Below are positions 1 to 10,109 of a DNA stretch of 64,000 bases, in pieces. Location of the stretch: positions 1 to 64,000 of the forward strand of contig CAVUGN010000009.1 of NCBI GenBank assembly GCA_963741095.1, in the 5' to 3' direction. The DNA is from an uncultured Candidatus Micrarchaeota archaeon (GTDB lineage: Archaea; Micrarchaeota; Micrarchaeia; Micrarchaeales; Micrarchaeaceae). Each line of letters starts with the position of its first letter. The first letter of the stretch is position 1. A model generated the notes under the pieces. The model searched no databases and was not told where the DNA came from. It saw only the letters and a list, made by a program, of their open reading frames with translations. Made by a program: the position numbers and the translations under genes.

Positions 1-2
1 AC

Positions 3-149
3 GTTGGTGCAGTGAGGGCACTTGTTGCCGAAGGCATAGTCAAAGGCCACAACGCCATGCACGGAAAGAAGGATGAAATAAAGGAGATGGAAGCGGAAAA
101 AGCAAAAATTCAAGAAAAGCCGAAGACAGATGGAGAATGCACCAAATAA
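3..149 (+). CDS. mvaA: 3' end of class II hydroxymethylglutaryl-CoA reductase (partial, truncated by window start)
   Basis: Frame from nt 3 reads VGAVRALVAEGIVKGHNAMHGKK...TK*, matching the class II HMGR C-terminal motif (ALRALxxEGIQxGHMxLH). It lies next to IPK and MVD genes. Confidence 0.75.
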   Translation, partial: VGAVRALVAEGIVKGHNAMHGKKDEIKEMEAEKAKIQEKPKTDGECTK

Positions 150-182
150 TCCACAGATAGCATAATATAATTGATCCTTAGA

Positions 183-1019
183 TTAGGCGCACACTACGGT
201 GCACTTGATCTTCCTGTCCTCGCCAAGCAGTACCTTCTTCATGTTTCCAGGCGTGGCTGCGTTGATTATATAACCAGTAGCGCCTGCTCTGCTTATCGCC
301 TTGTACAGCGCCGCCAGCTTTCCCTGCATACCGCCAGTGACATTCGCCCTCCCTACCGAATCGCCTGCGCCGGCAATGCCCGTCTTGAAGGTGCTCTTGT
401 CTAGGCGCCTTATCAATTTTGCATCCTTGTAGACTCTGGGATCCTTCGTGAACACCCCATCGACATCGGTGCCCAGAATGATCTTGTCGGGTTTCAACCT
501 CTTCGAAAGTCCTACGAGTATCTCTTCGGTCGAGGCGATGGACACGCCCTTGTTCTTGTCGATGACCACGTCGCCGTAAACTATCGGTATGAACCCCTGT
601 CTTATCGCCGCTTTGATCCCATCTATGAATATCGGGCTCATGTGACCCGCTTCGGACATGCCGAAACTGTGGGCAGAGAATGGAAACACCGGGATTCCAA
701 GCTTCATTGCCCTGTCGACTACTATGTTGTCCAAGTTGGCTGCCTCCTTCAGCGTTATCACGCTGCCCTTCATGCTGTTGCTGTACTTCAGTCCCTCATT
801 GACCTTGTACTTCTTCGCAGGCACGTGCGCGAAGGAACCGCTGCCATGGCCTATTATCACATCGAATCCGCGCAGAGTCCTGGCTTCGTCGACCTCTTTC
901 AGCAACCGGTCGATCTCGTGGACCTTCGCAGTGCTGCGCTTTTTGGTGTTGGTTATGACACTGCCACCGAATTTTACGAAGTAGAGTTTCCTGGCTTTGC
1001 CATCGCTTTTATTTTTCAA
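183..1019 (-). CDS. ipk: Isopentenyl phosphate kinase (amino-acid kinase family)
   Basis: KFGGSVIT, HGSGSFAH (IPK His), GDVV, DVDGVF and VTGGMxGK motifs; adjacent to an MVD-family gene. Confidence 0.9.
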   Translation of the reverse strand: MKNKSDGKARKLYFVKFGGSVITNTKKRSTAKVHEIDRLLKEVDEARTLRGFDVIIGHGSGSFAHVPAKKYKVNEGLKYSNSMKGSVITLKEAANLDNIVVDRAMKLGIPVFPFSAHSFGMSEAGHMSPIFIDGIKAAIRQGFIPIVYGDVVIDKNKGVSIASTEEILVGLSKRLKPDKIILGTDVDGVFTKDPRVYKDAKLIRRLDKSTFKTGIAGAGDSVGRANVTGGMQGKLAALYKAISRAGATGYIINAATPGNMKKVLLGEDRKIKCTVVCA

Positions 1020-1023
1020 CGAA

Positions 1024-2130
1024 TCATCTCTTCAGTGGAGTCAATGCATCAGCATCTATCAGTGAATCCTTATAATCCAACAGCCTCGGCCCGCTTCCCG
1101 CCTTCGCTTCAATCGTACTCTTCACGCCGGGCATGCTCTTGAGCATCTTCATCACATCATTCCTGTAGGCGTCTGTAGTTATCAAGTGTGCGTTCGCACC
1201 GGCGTCGAACGTGTAAGCGGCCACGTACTTCCCTTTTTTTGCGTTCAGCTCGTGCACCCCGTAGATTATGTCCCTCGATGCATCGGTAAGGTACATTATC
1301 GGCGGCCAAGAATCAAGCATCGTGGCGTGCATGTTGTTGCTATCCCACATTATCGCCTCTGCCATCCTCTGGAAATCTCTTGCAACCACCGCTTCTGCGA
1401 CTACCTGTGTGCCTCTCTCGGCAAACAAGGGCCTTTCTATGTACAACTGGCTTGTCCTTACTGTTAGTGCATGTCCTGCGCTCGATGGGACCTTCTTCAC
1501 AGACGCATCAACTATTGCGATTATGTCCCTGAGTTGAGGCCAATATTTCTCGTCAACTATCTGTTCTGCAATGGAATCGGAGCCATCAGCCCTCCTGCCT
1601 TTGTTCCATCTGACTATGCCGCCATAAACGCTTCTGCAGGCGCTGCCGCTTATCCTTCTCGCCATAACGGACATCTGCTCGCGCGATAAGCCAAGATCCA
1701 ACGCTTCGGACAGCGCGAACACGAGCGTTGCGCCTCCGGAGGCGCTCGAAGCCAGCCCGCTGCTTGAGGGGAAACTGTTCTCTGACACGACCAGGGCGTT
1801 CCTGTCGGTATGGCCCATGGATCTCGCATAATCGAGCATCTCCTTTATGAATTTCGATTTTTCGTTGGAGCCACCCGTCAAGTCTTCCTCCTTGCCGTTT
1901 ATGAAAAGCTTATCCCTCTTTAGTTTGCCCGAGAACACAACACTAGTCTTAGTGCTAACCGTTTCGTCAAGCGTCATGCTGATGCTGGAGTTTCTTGGCG
2001 TATTTATCCGCTCGTCCAGCTTACCCCAGTACTTTATGAATGCGATATTCGAAGTCCCAATTGCGGTTGTGACTTCACCAGGCGCTTTTGACTGGGTTTT
2101 TTTCATTATTCCCGCACCTTTTACTGTCAT
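1024..2130 (-). CDS. mvaD: MVD-family mevalonate phosphate decarboxylase (phospho-, diphospho- or bisphospho-mevalonate)
   Basis: NIAFIKYWGK, GLASSASG, SGSACRS and TFDAG motifs. Confidence 0.9.
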   Translation of the reverse strand: MTVKGAGIMKKTQSKAPGEVTTAIGTSNIAFIKYWGKLDERINTPRNSSISMTLDETVSTKTSVVFSGKLKRDKLFINGKEEDLTGGSNEKSKFIKEMLDYARSMGHTDRNALVVSENSFPSSSGLASSASGGATLVFALSEALDLGLSREQMSVMARRISGSACRSVYGGIVRWNKGRRADGSDSIAEQIVDEKYWPQLRDIIAIVDASVKKVPSSAGHALTVRTSQLYIERPLFAERGTQVVAEAVVARDFQRMAEAIMWDSNNMHATMLDSWPPIMYLTDASRDIIYGVHELNAKKGKYVAAYTFDAGANAHLITTDAYRNDVMKMLKSMPGVKSTIEAKAGSGPRLLDYKDSLIDADALTPLKR

Positions 2131-2227
2131 AAACTCTTTTTTGATGCTATTTATAACTGCCTACGGCATTAGGTTTTTGTCGTATATCCGAGGAATTTTG
2201 CCATGTTAAAATATCCACTCAAAACGA

Positions 2228-3151
2228 TCAAGCGATCACTGCAGTACCCGATTTGCCATTCAGGATATCCTCAAGCCGGTAGAGGCTACCTATCCGCGCG
2301 ATCCTACCCCCATTTTCAATGAACTCAATGCAGGCCTCCAGCTTAGGTCGCATCGTTCCCTCCTGAAACTTTTCAATAGACGCCTTCAGCTCCTTTGCGC
2401 GTATCTCCCTTATCGTGCCTTTTTGTTTCTCAAAGTCGCCATAGACGCATTCTACGTCAGTGAGTATAATCATCTCATGCGCGTTTATCGAATTTGCAAG
2501 GAGTTGCGTTGTCATGTCCTTGTCTATTACTGCATCAACACCCGCATACCTGCCCCCATTCAGAAGAATCGGTATTCCACCTCCGCCGGCGGCTATCACT
2601 ACAGCGCTATTCATAAGGCTTTTTATCACACCAACCTCAAGTATCCTTACTGGCACGGGTGACGGCACAACCATCCGGTACTTTGAGCCAACTTTGATGT
2701 AACTAAACTTCTTGAACTTCAATTCCTGCAGGAGTTCGCTTTTGGAGTACAATGGACCTATGGGCTTGGTCGGTCTCAGGAAAGCGCCATCCTTTCCATC
2801 GACGATCGTGTGCGTCAGCACTACGCACACTTCCCTGTCAACGTTCAGGTTCTTCAGCTCATTTCTCAATGCCATCTCTAGCACACTTCCTATCGATGCT
2901 TCGGTCTCGGCGTTCAGCATGTAAAGCGGCAGTTCAGGCACCGCGCCGCGTGAATTTGTGTTCTTGATCTGCTCGTCACCGACCTGCGGTCCGTTGCCGT
3001 GCGTTATCACCACGTTATAACCTCCAGTCTTCACTATCTTCGCTATCTCATGCGCCGCTCTTTCCGCATTCTTCAACTCCACATTTACCTTCTGGCTTTT
3101 CCCAGGGCTAAGCAATGCATTTCCACCCAAACCAATGACGATAGTCTTCAT
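2228..3151 (-). CDS. arcC: Carbamate kinase
   Basis: GLGGNAL, THGNGPQVG, PTKPIGP, AVIDKD and GTMRPK motifs; start placed at MKTIV. Confidence 0.92.
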   Translation of the reverse strand: MKTIVIGLGGNALLSPGKSQKVNVELKNAERAAHEIAKIVKTGGYNVVITHGNGPQVGDEQIKNTNSRGAVPELPLYMLNAETEASIGSVLEMALRNELKNLNVDREVCVVLTHTIVDGKDGAFLRPTKPIGPLYSKSELLQELKFKKFSYIKVGSKYRMVVPSPVPVRILEVGVIKSLMNSAVVIAAGGGGIPILLNGGRYAGVDAVIDKDMTTQLLANSINAHEMIILTDVECVYGDFEKQKGTIREIRAKELKASIEKFQEGTMRPKLEACIEFIENGGRIARIGSLYRLEDILNGKSGTAVIA

Positions 3152-3192
3152 CAGATCATGTGCCAGATATATATAGTTTTCAGGCTGATACA

Positions 3193-3801
3193 ATGAACAT
3201 GATAAAGCTAATAATATTCGATATAGGCGACGTTCTAATCAATTTCAACGACGACGAATACATAAACTACATATCCAAAAAGCTGCACATAAACGCCAAG
3301 GACTTCACCAACTGCCTCAACCCTCTTGTGGTCAAGATGGAATACGGTGCCGCAAGTCTCAAACAGACCGAAGACGCTCTGGCAAAAAGGTTCAATACAA
3401 GCGACGGCAGCCTGGAGTGGATCCAATCCTACAGAAAGATAGCAAAACTCAACCGGCAGGTGTTCAATCTCATCAACTCCCTCTCAAAACGATACAAGGT
3501 CGTGCTGCTCTCGAATGTCGGCAGGGCGAGGTACATCGAGGGCCTTCAGCTGATCAAAGGGGTAAAGGTCGACCGGGTGTTCGCATCCTGCTACATAAAG
3601 ATGAGGAAACCCGAAGCAAGAATATATCGATACGCACTAAAGAAGATGGACACTGCGCCAAGCGAGGCGGTCTTCATAGACAACATGGAAGAGAACGTCA
3701 TCGGCGCGAGAAAGGTCGGGATAAAAGCAATCAAGTTCGTCGGCTATGAACAACTTGTCAAAGATCTGAGGAAGCTAAAAATAATGCGACAGAAGGCTTA
3801 A
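3193..3801 (+). CDS. HAD-superfamily phosphatase
   Basis: FDIGDVL (motif I variant), LSN, RKP and FIDN motifs; start uncertain. Confidence 0.85.
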   Translation: MNMIKLIIFDIGDVLINFNDDEYINYISKKLHINAKDFTNCLNPLVVKMEYGAASLKQTEDALAKRFNTSDGSLEWIQSYRKIAKLNRQVFNLINSLSKRYKVVLLSNVGRARYIEGLQLIKGVKVDRVFASCYIKMRKPEARIYRYALKKMDTAPSEAVFIDNMEENVIGARKVGIKAIKFVGYEQLVKDLRKLKIMRQKA

Positions 3802-3856
3802 AGAAGAGCGCAGCGTAAAATTTGTACCGAAATCTTTATTCAAAAAGGTCATACGA

Positions 3857-5305
3857 ATGGACGTCGAAAAGAAGGGAATAACGGCAAGGAAAGCCGAGAA
3901 CTTTTCGGAATGGTACACGCAAGTGCTTATAAAATCGGAATTCGTCGATTACACTGCGGTCTCCGGTTGTCTGGCGTTCAGACCAGATAGCTATTTCGTG
4001 TGGGAATCAATACAGCGGGCTGTGGATGACCGCTTCAAGGCAGATGGAATACAGAATGTCTATTTTCCGATGCTTATACCAGAGAGCCTACTTGAAAAAG
4101 AGAAGACACACGTGAAGGGATTTTCTCCGGAAGTTGCATGGGTAACCCACACTGGAGATTCAAAGCTTGATGAACGGCTTGCGGTAAGACCCACCTCGGA
4201 GACCATAATGTATGACAGCTACTCAAAATGGATCCGCTCATGGAGGGATCTTCCGATGCGATTCAATCAGTGGAACTCGGTAATCAGATGGGAGTTCAAG
4301 CACCCCACCCCCTTCCTGAGGACGAGGGAATTCCTATGGAATGAAGGGCATACGGTGTTTGCAACTGCCGAAGAGGCCCAGGCAGAAGGAGACACAATTC
4401 TGAAAATTTACGAAGAAGTGCTCAAAGAAAACCTTGCGCTGCCTTGCATTCCGGGCAAGAAGACGGAAACCGAAAAGTTTGCCGGTGCAGTTGCAAGCTA
4501 CAGCCTGGAGCATCTCATGCCGGACGGTAAGGCAATACAAGGCCCGGCCTTCCATTACGACGGGGAGAATTTTGCCAAGGCCTTCAACATAACTTTCATA
4601 GACAAAGACGAGAAGAAGGCATACGTCCATCAGAACACCTTCGCAATATCGACAAGGGAGCTGGGCGCGCTGATCATGATGCACTCTGACGACAAAGGGC
4701 TGGTGATACCTCCCAATGTCGCAAGGATTCAAGTTGTGATAGTGCCGATATACAAGGACCAGAACAGGAAAGAGGTTCTTGAATACGCGAACCGCATAAG
4801 CCACAAGCTCAAAGGCAAGTTCAGAACATTCGTCGATGACAGCGACGCGTACTCGCCGGGATGGAAATTCAACAATTGGGAGCTCAAAGGCGTACCAATC
4901 AGGATAGAAGTTGGTGGCAAGGAAGTGGCTGCAAACAAGGTCGTGGTGGCAAGAAGAGACACCATGGCCAAGACAAGCTTGGAGATAGATGCCGTCGAAG
5001 AGGGCATAAAAACACTGCTAAAGGAAATAAACGAAAACCTTTACAAGAAAGCGAAGGACATGTTCGAATCCAACACGCACAAGCTGAAGACATATGCCGA
5101 ATTGAAGGACGTCATCGGAGGCAAAGGTGGGATAGTGCAGGCCGGCTGGTGCGGATCCGCAGAGTGCGAAGCCAAAGTGAAGGAAGAAACAGGGGCAAAG
5201 ATAACCAACATGCCCTTCGATGCCCAGAAAGACGCGAAGGGCAAGAAGTGCATAGTGTGCGGCAACGAAGCCAAGTACATAGCAAACTTTGCCAAATCCT
5301 ACTGA
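3857..5305 (+). CDS. proS: Prolyl-tRNA synthetase (archaeal/eukaryotic type)
   Basis: FSEWY, RPTSET, FLRTREFLW motifs, C-terminal Zn Cys residues, AKSY terminus. Confidence 0.97.
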   Translation: MDVEKKGITARKAENFSEWYTQVLIKSEFVDYTAVSGCLAFRPDSYFVWESIQRAVDDRFKADGIQNVYFPMLIPESLLEKEKTHVKGFSPEVAWVTHTGDSKLDERLAVRPTSETIMYDSYSKWIRSWRDLPMRFNQWNSVIRWEFKHPTPFLRTREFLWNEGHTVFATAEEAQAEGDTILKIYEEVLKENLALPCIPGKKTETEKFAGAVASYSLEHLMPDGKAIQGPAFHYDGENFAKAFNITFIDKDEKKAYVHQNTFAISTRELGALIMMHSDDKGLVIPPNVARIQVVIVPIYKDQNRKEVLEYANRISHKLKGKFRTFVDDSDAYSPGWKFNNWELKGVPIRIEVGGKEVAANKVVVARRDTMAKTSLEIDAVEEGIKTLLKEINENLYKKAKDMFESNTHKLKTYAELKDVIGGKGGIVQAGWCGSAECEAKVKEETGAKITNMPFDAQKDAKGKKCIVCGNEAKYIANFAKSY

Positions 5306-5356
5306 AATTCGCAGTTTTGCTCTATTTATAAAACTTCACGGGACTATATATTAGGT

Positions 5357-5429
5357 AGCCCCGTCATCTAGTGGCCAAGGATAGCGGGCTTTGGACCCGC
5401 GTACGCCGGTTCGAATCCGACCGGGGCTA
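5357..5429 (+). tRNA. tRNA-Gln(TTG), no intron
   Basis: Acceptor AGCCCCG/CGGGGCT, anticodon arm GCGGG-CTTTGGA-CCCGC, TTCGAAT T-loop; TTTATAAA box upstream. Confidence 0.93.
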
Positions 5430-5443
5430 AGTTCGGTGAACCG

Positions 5444-6295
5444 ATGCTTCAATGGTACTACCTAGCACTAATATCGTCAGCGATGCTCGGCGTGGCGACC
5501 CTTCTGGAGAAAAACACTCTGAAGGCGGAGCATGCGATGGCTTACAGCACGAGCTTCTCCGTAGTCATGGCGCTGATATCCCTGCTCTTCCTGCCGCTTG
5601 CAAACTTCAACTTAAGCGCATTATCGATCGCCCTGATATACCTGCTTAGCCTCATGTCGGCTGCGATATACTGGCTACTTGCAAGGGTGTACAAGCATGG
5701 CAGCGTGTCGGCAGCCTCCCCAGTTTACAATGCGCTCCCCACCTTCTTTATCGTGATATTTGCCTTCCTTTTCCTCGGCGAAAAGCTCACCCTGTCGCAA
5801 TACTTCTTTGTCGGCGTCTTCATCCTGGCGACCTACCTGATAATGTTCACCGGCAAGCCGCAATTCGAGAGCAAAAAATACGCCCAATGGCTGATTCTTG
5901 CGTCACTCATATCTGCAGTTCAGGCGACGGGCATGAAATACATACTGCTCAACGTAAATCCCTACACCTACTTGATAATCCTGGAAGCATTTGTCGCATT
6001 GAACATGATTATCGGGATGCAGTTGAAATACGGGGGCATAAAAGAGACCTCAAATAACATACTCAAATACAAGAAGGAGATAATCCTGATAGCCGCGTTC
6101 ACCACCGCCTACCGTGTCTTCTACTACGTCGCTGCATCGATGGCGAACATAACCCTAGTGTGGCCGCTGAGCAACGTGCTGAACGTGATAATGCTGGTGT
6201 TCCTTGGAGGCCTGATATTCAAGGAAGGCTCGGTGAAACGGAAGTCGATAATCGCGATTGCTATGCTGATAGCAATCTACTTCCTTGTCGTGTGA
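5444..6295 (+). CDS. EamA/DMT family transporter
   Basis: About 10 hydrophobic segments in two repeats; FLFLGEK and LIFKE motifs. Confidence 0.85.
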   Translation: MLQWYYLALISSAMLGVATLLEKNTLKAEHAMAYSTSFSVVMALISLLFLPLANFNLSALSIALIYLLSLMSAAIYWLLARVYKHGSVSAASPVYNALPTFFIVIFAFLFLGEKLTLSQYFFVGVFILATYLIMFTGKPQFESKKYAQWLILASLISAVQATGMKYILLNVNPYTYLIILEAFVALNMIIGMQLKYGGIKETSNNILKYKKEIILIAAFTTAYRVFYYVAASMANITLVWPLSNVLNVIMLVFLGGLIFKEGSVKRKSIIAIAMLIAIYFLVV

Positions 6296-6308
6296 GCAAT
6301 AGAACAGG

Positions 6309-6713
6309 CTAAAGCGTCTTGGTTTCCGCATCAACCGCCTTGTGCTGGTACGCGAATGCAGCCTCCTTCAGGGTTCTAAGAGACAGGGTGGCGCACTTCA
6401 GCCTTGCGGGGCCGGGATCGAACCCTATAATCTTGAAAACAGACTTGACGTTCATGCGCTCTATTTCATCCAAACTCTTTCCTTTTACGGAATCGGTGAG
6501 CATGCTCGCAGCCGCTACGCTTATCGCGCAGCCGTCGCCCTCAAACTTCACATCCTCTACAATGTTGCCTTTTATCTTGAGGCGCATCGTGATGCTGTCT
6601 CCGCAAAGAGCGTTCTCGTTGTGCATGCTGACGCTTGCATCCTTCATGGCGCCTTTGTTGTGCGGATGCTCGTAATGCGTTATTATGTCCTCTGCGTACA
6701 GGTCCATCGGCAT
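6309..6713 (-). CDS. sufU: Fe-S scaffold/sulfurtransferase, SufU/NifU-N family
   Basis: HYEHPHN, NALCGD, GCAIS and RLKCA motifs; directly downstream of sufS. Confidence 0.9.
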   Translation of the reverse strand: MPMDLYAEDIITHYEHPHNKGAMKDASVSMHNENALCGDSITMRLKIKGNIVEDVKFEGDGCAISVAAASMLTDSVKGKSLDEIERMNVKSVFKIIGFDPGPARLKCATLSLRTLKEAAFAYQHKAVDAETKTL

Positions 6714-6717
6714 GTCA

Positions 6718-7968
6718 TCACCCCAACTTGAACGTCTTTTTAACTGTCCCTACTGCATCAACCACTTTGTCGATCTCGCTTTCCTTGTTGTAAAGGTAGA
6801 AGCTCACCCTTGACAGCGCATTCTCGTTCAGGATCTCGGTCACGAGCGGCATCGCGCAGTGCTGACCCGCCCTTATCGCTATGCCCTCACCGTCGAATAT
6901 CTGGGATACGTCGTGCGGATGCACTCCCTTCACCGAGAATGCTATTATACCGCACTTATCCTCCAGCCCCGCCGTGCCGAGCCCGAAGATCTTAACTCCC
7001 TTTATCTCGCTCATCCTCTCCAAAGCGTATTTTGTCATCCCCTTTTCGTGCCTCCTTATGTTGCCCATCCCTACATCATTTAGGTAGTCGATGGCTGCTC
7101 CGAACCCCACCGCTCCCGCAACATCTGAGGTGCCTGCCTCAAACTTCCATGGCAGGTCGTTCCAGCTGTAAGAGTTGTGCGTGACGCTTCGTATCATGTC
7201 GCCGCCAGTTATCAACGGCTCCATGGCCTCAAGAATCTCCTTTTTCGCATACAATGCGCCTATCCCCATGGGCCCAAGCATCTTATGGGCCGACATGGCG
7301 AAGAAGTCGCAATCAATGTCCTTCACGTCGACTTTCATGTGAGGCGCGGACTGCGCGCCATCAACAATCACCATCGCGCCAGCCTTGTGCGCCTTCCTGG
7401 TAATCTCCTTCACGTCGTTTATCGTCCCAAGCACATTCGATGCGTGTGTTATCGCAACTATCCTCGGCTTCTTCTCTAGCTGCTCCTCAAGGCTTTTCGT
7501 GCTAAGCCTTGCGTTATCCTTATCGAGCGCGATATAATCCAGCACAGCGCCCTTCTTCTTAGCAAGAACCATCCATGGCACAAGATTGCTGTGGTGCTCC
7601 ATGCTCGATACTAGTACGTGGTCCCCTTTGCCTACATTTGCACTTCCCCAGCTCAACGAGACAAGATTTATCGCATCAGTCGCGTTCTTTGTGTAGATGA
7701 TCTCTTGCATAGAGTTTGCGTTTATGAACTTCTCGAGCTTCACCTTCGAATCGGTGTAAGCGACGGTTGCCTCCTCCGCAATCTTGTATATACCCCTGTG
7801 GATGTTGGCGTTGTAAGTCTTGTAGTAGTTGCTGATTGCGTTTATCACGGAATGCGGCTTCTGTGAGGTCGCCGCATTGTCCAGATAGACCAAAGGCTTG
7901 CCGTTCATTTTTGTCTTCAGTATCGGGAAATCCTCGCGTATCCTTTCAACGTCAAATGTTCCGGTCAT
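6718..7968 (-). CDS. sufS: Cysteine desulfurase SufS (group II)
   Basis: YLDNAATSQKP, EHHSN, SAHKMLGP and RAGQHCA motifs. Confidence 0.95.
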   Translation of the reverse strand: MTGTFDVERIREDFPILKTKMNGKPLVYLDNAATSQKPHSVINAISNYYKTYNANIHRGIYKIAEEATVAYTDSKVKLEKFINANSMQEIIYTKNATDAINLVSLSWGSANVGKGDHVLVSSMEHHSNLVPWMVLAKKKGAVLDYIALDKDNARLSTKSLEEQLEKKPRIVAITHASNVLGTINDVKEITRKAHKAGAMVIVDGAQSAPHMKVDVKDIDCDFFAMSAHKMLGPMGIGALYAKKEILEAMEPLITGGDMIRSVTHNSYSWNDLPWKFEAGTSDVAGAVGFGAAIDYLNDVGMGNIRRHEKGMTKYALERMSEIKGVKIFGLGTAGLEDKCGIIAFSVKGVHPHDVSQIFDGEGIAIRAGQHCAMPLVTEILNENALSRVSFYLYNKESEIDKVVDAVGTVKKTFKLG

Positions 7969-8729
7969 TTCTTTGCACCCTCCGCCTTCAGGTAAGAGTC
8001 ATATCCTGACTTCTCAAGCTTTTCTATGAGTTCGGTCCCACCCTCATCGACTATCTTCCCATTCACCATCACGTGCACTACGTCTGGCTTCATGTACGAC
8101 AATATCCTGCTGTAGTGCGTTATCAGCAGCAATCCCATGTGCTCCGCCTCTGCAATTCTGTTTATGCAGGCAGAGACGACCTTCACCGCATCTATGTCCA
8201 GCCCGGAATCCGGCTCATCAAGTATCGCTATCTTCGGCTTAAGCACGGACATCTGCAGCACCTCGGTCTTCTTCTTCTCGCCTCCGGAAAAGCCCTGATT
8301 GAGGGTCCTGCCTATGAAATCCTCGCTGAGCTTCAGGTCCGCTATGCTGCTCTTTATCTCTGTCATGAGCTCCTTGGTGCTCACTCCACCGCCGCTCAGC
8401 GACTGCTTGGCGGTGTGGAGGAAATTTATGAATCCTACACCGTCTATCTCAACGGGATTCTGGAATTCGAGGAACAGCCCCATCTTCGCCCTTTTGTCGG
8501 TGCTCAATCCGAGTATGCTCTTGCCATTAAACAGAACATCGCCTTTCATCACCGTGATTTTCGGATGGCCCATTATGCTCTTCGCGAGCGTGCTCTTGCC
8601 CGAGCCGTTAGGACCCATTATCACGTGGATCTCACCCTGCTTTACCTTGAGGCTGATTCCTTTTATTATCTCTTTTCCCTCTAGGGAGACGTGCAAATCC
8701 TTGACTTCAAGCATCGCATCATTGCTCAT
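7965..8729 (-). CDS. sufC: Fe-S assembly ATPase SufC
   Basis: GPNGSGKST, GFSGGEKK, LDEPDSGLDIDA and ITHY motifs. Confidence 0.96.
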   Translation of the reverse strand: MSNDAMLEVKDLHVSLEGKEIIKGISLKVKQGEIHVIMGPNGSGKSTLAKSIMGHPKITVMKGDVLFNGKSILGLSTDKRAKMGLFLEFQNPVEIDGVGFINFLHTAKQSLSGGGVSTKELMTEIKSSIADLKLSEDFIGRTLNQGFSGGEKKKTEVLQMSVLKPKIAILDEPDSGLDIDAVKVVSACINRIAEAEHMGLLLITHYSRILSYMKPDVVHVMVNGKIVDEGGTELIEKLEKSGYDSYLKAEGAKK

Positions 8730-8801
8730 TCAACCATCAAACTGATGAAAGTATTCACTTCAATCCGCTCTATAATCTTTGAAATATGCCCAATATAAGC
8801 A

Positions 8802-10109
8802 TTATTGTTTCTCGTACTTGTAATGGTCTTCGAGCATGTCTCCCTTCGGGGATCTGCCTCTTGCAATCCACATATCCGCGGTGTCCAACTTCGGAATCTT
8901 GCCGAAAGTCTTGTCCCTGAGCTTTTCGCGTATGAGCGACATCGCTATTTCCCTTGCGGTGTAATCCTCAATTCTTGAAAGCCCGTCCGCAAAGAACCCC
9001 GTGACAATGAGTTTTCTCACTTCTCGCTCGTCTATGCCCTTCGACATCAGGTAGAACATCGCTTCTGCATCAATAGGCGACATGGCGGAAGAGTGGGTCG
9101 CCTTCACGTCATTCTCATCAACCGACATGTCCGGCAGCTCGTACATCTTCGCGCCTTTGTCTAGCGCCATCCCGCGCTGATGCACGTACGACCTTGACTT
9201 TATTGCTCCTTTTTCCACTTTTGCGAATCCCTTCAGCATGCAGAGCGAGTTGTCCATCAGCACGGCCTTCGACGTAAGGCTTGCATCGGTCTCCCTTTCG
9301 GAATTTTTAATCAGCGTGTGTAGATCAAACTTCTGCTCTCCGGCACCAAGCGCGATTTCGTTTATTCTGATCACACCTTTTGGTTTATCCGCGCTTGCTG
9401 TCGTTCTGGCTCTAACATGTGAGCCGCCATTGTACAGCGAATTGAAGCAGAATGTGGACTCCTCACCGACCACTGCCTTGCAGAATCCCAACACCACCGT
9501 AGTCGCATTCTCATTATGCAAACTGTTTATCTCAATCGCAGACCCGCTGCCCGTCCTCACCTCGTGCATAACCCCATTTGACGAAACTTTAGCAGACCGC
9601 GAACAGTAAAGTTCAGACAGCTGCAGTTTCGAGCCCCTGCCGACACTGATCATCACCTGCACGTTCAGCGGCTTGTTGGAATTCGAAAATAGCAGGTTCA
9701 ATTTCGCATCCTTTTTGTCCGGAATGTCGATGAACACGGCGCTCTTGGCGTACGCGTCTATGAATGCCATATACTTGTCCTCGCTGCTGTCGTGCATGCG
9801 CATCTTTACGTCCTTTTCAGAAAGATCCTCAGCACTTTTAATCTTGACGAAACTGCTGCTGTTGGAGAAATAAACATCGCTTCCGAACACCGCGTCGAAC
9901 CGGATTCCCAAATCCTTCAGCTCTCCAGCCAGCAAGGCCTCTAGCGCCTGTTTTTCTGCGCCTGCATCGGCTTTTGCGCCAAGATAATCCTCTAGCTTGA
10001 AAGGTATGTTCACGAAATGGTTGGCGTACAGCTCGCTGCCTTCCTGCGGCAGCTTTGCGTACTGCTCGATTGCATACTCTCTAATCTTCTTGTAACTCGC
10101 CATAGTCAA
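8802..10109 (-). CDS. sufD: SufD-family Fe-S assembly protein
   Basis: DVKATHSS and FYLMSKGI C-terminal SufB/D motifs; lies between sufB and sufC. Confidence 0.88.
   Translation of the reverse strand: MTMASYKKIREYAIEQYAKLPQEGSELYANHFVNIPFKLEDYLGAKADAGAEKQALEALLAGELKDLGIRFDAVFGSDVYFSNSSSFVKIKSAEDLSEKDVKMRMHDSSEDKYMAFIDAYAKSAVFIDIPDKKDAKLNLLFSNSNKPLNVQVMISVGRGSKLQLSELYCSRSAKVSSNGVMHEVRTGSGSAIEINSLHNENATTVVLGFCKAVVGEESTFCFNSLYNGGSHVRARTTASADKPKGVIRINEIALGAGEQKFDLHTLIKNSERETDASLTSKAVLMDNSLCMLKGFAKVEKGAIKSRSYVHQRGMALDKGAKMYELPDMSVDENDVKATHSSAMSPIDAEAMFYLMSKGIDEREVRKLIVTGFFADGLSRIEDYTAREIAMSLIREKLRDKTFGKIPKLDTADMWIARGRSPKGDMLEDHYKYEKQ

Noticed and set aside
5406-5421. C.A mismatch in the tRNA-Gln(TTG) T-stem suggesting editing or a pseudogene
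   Set aside because: A single mismatch is commonly tolerated; all other elements and the promoter are intact.
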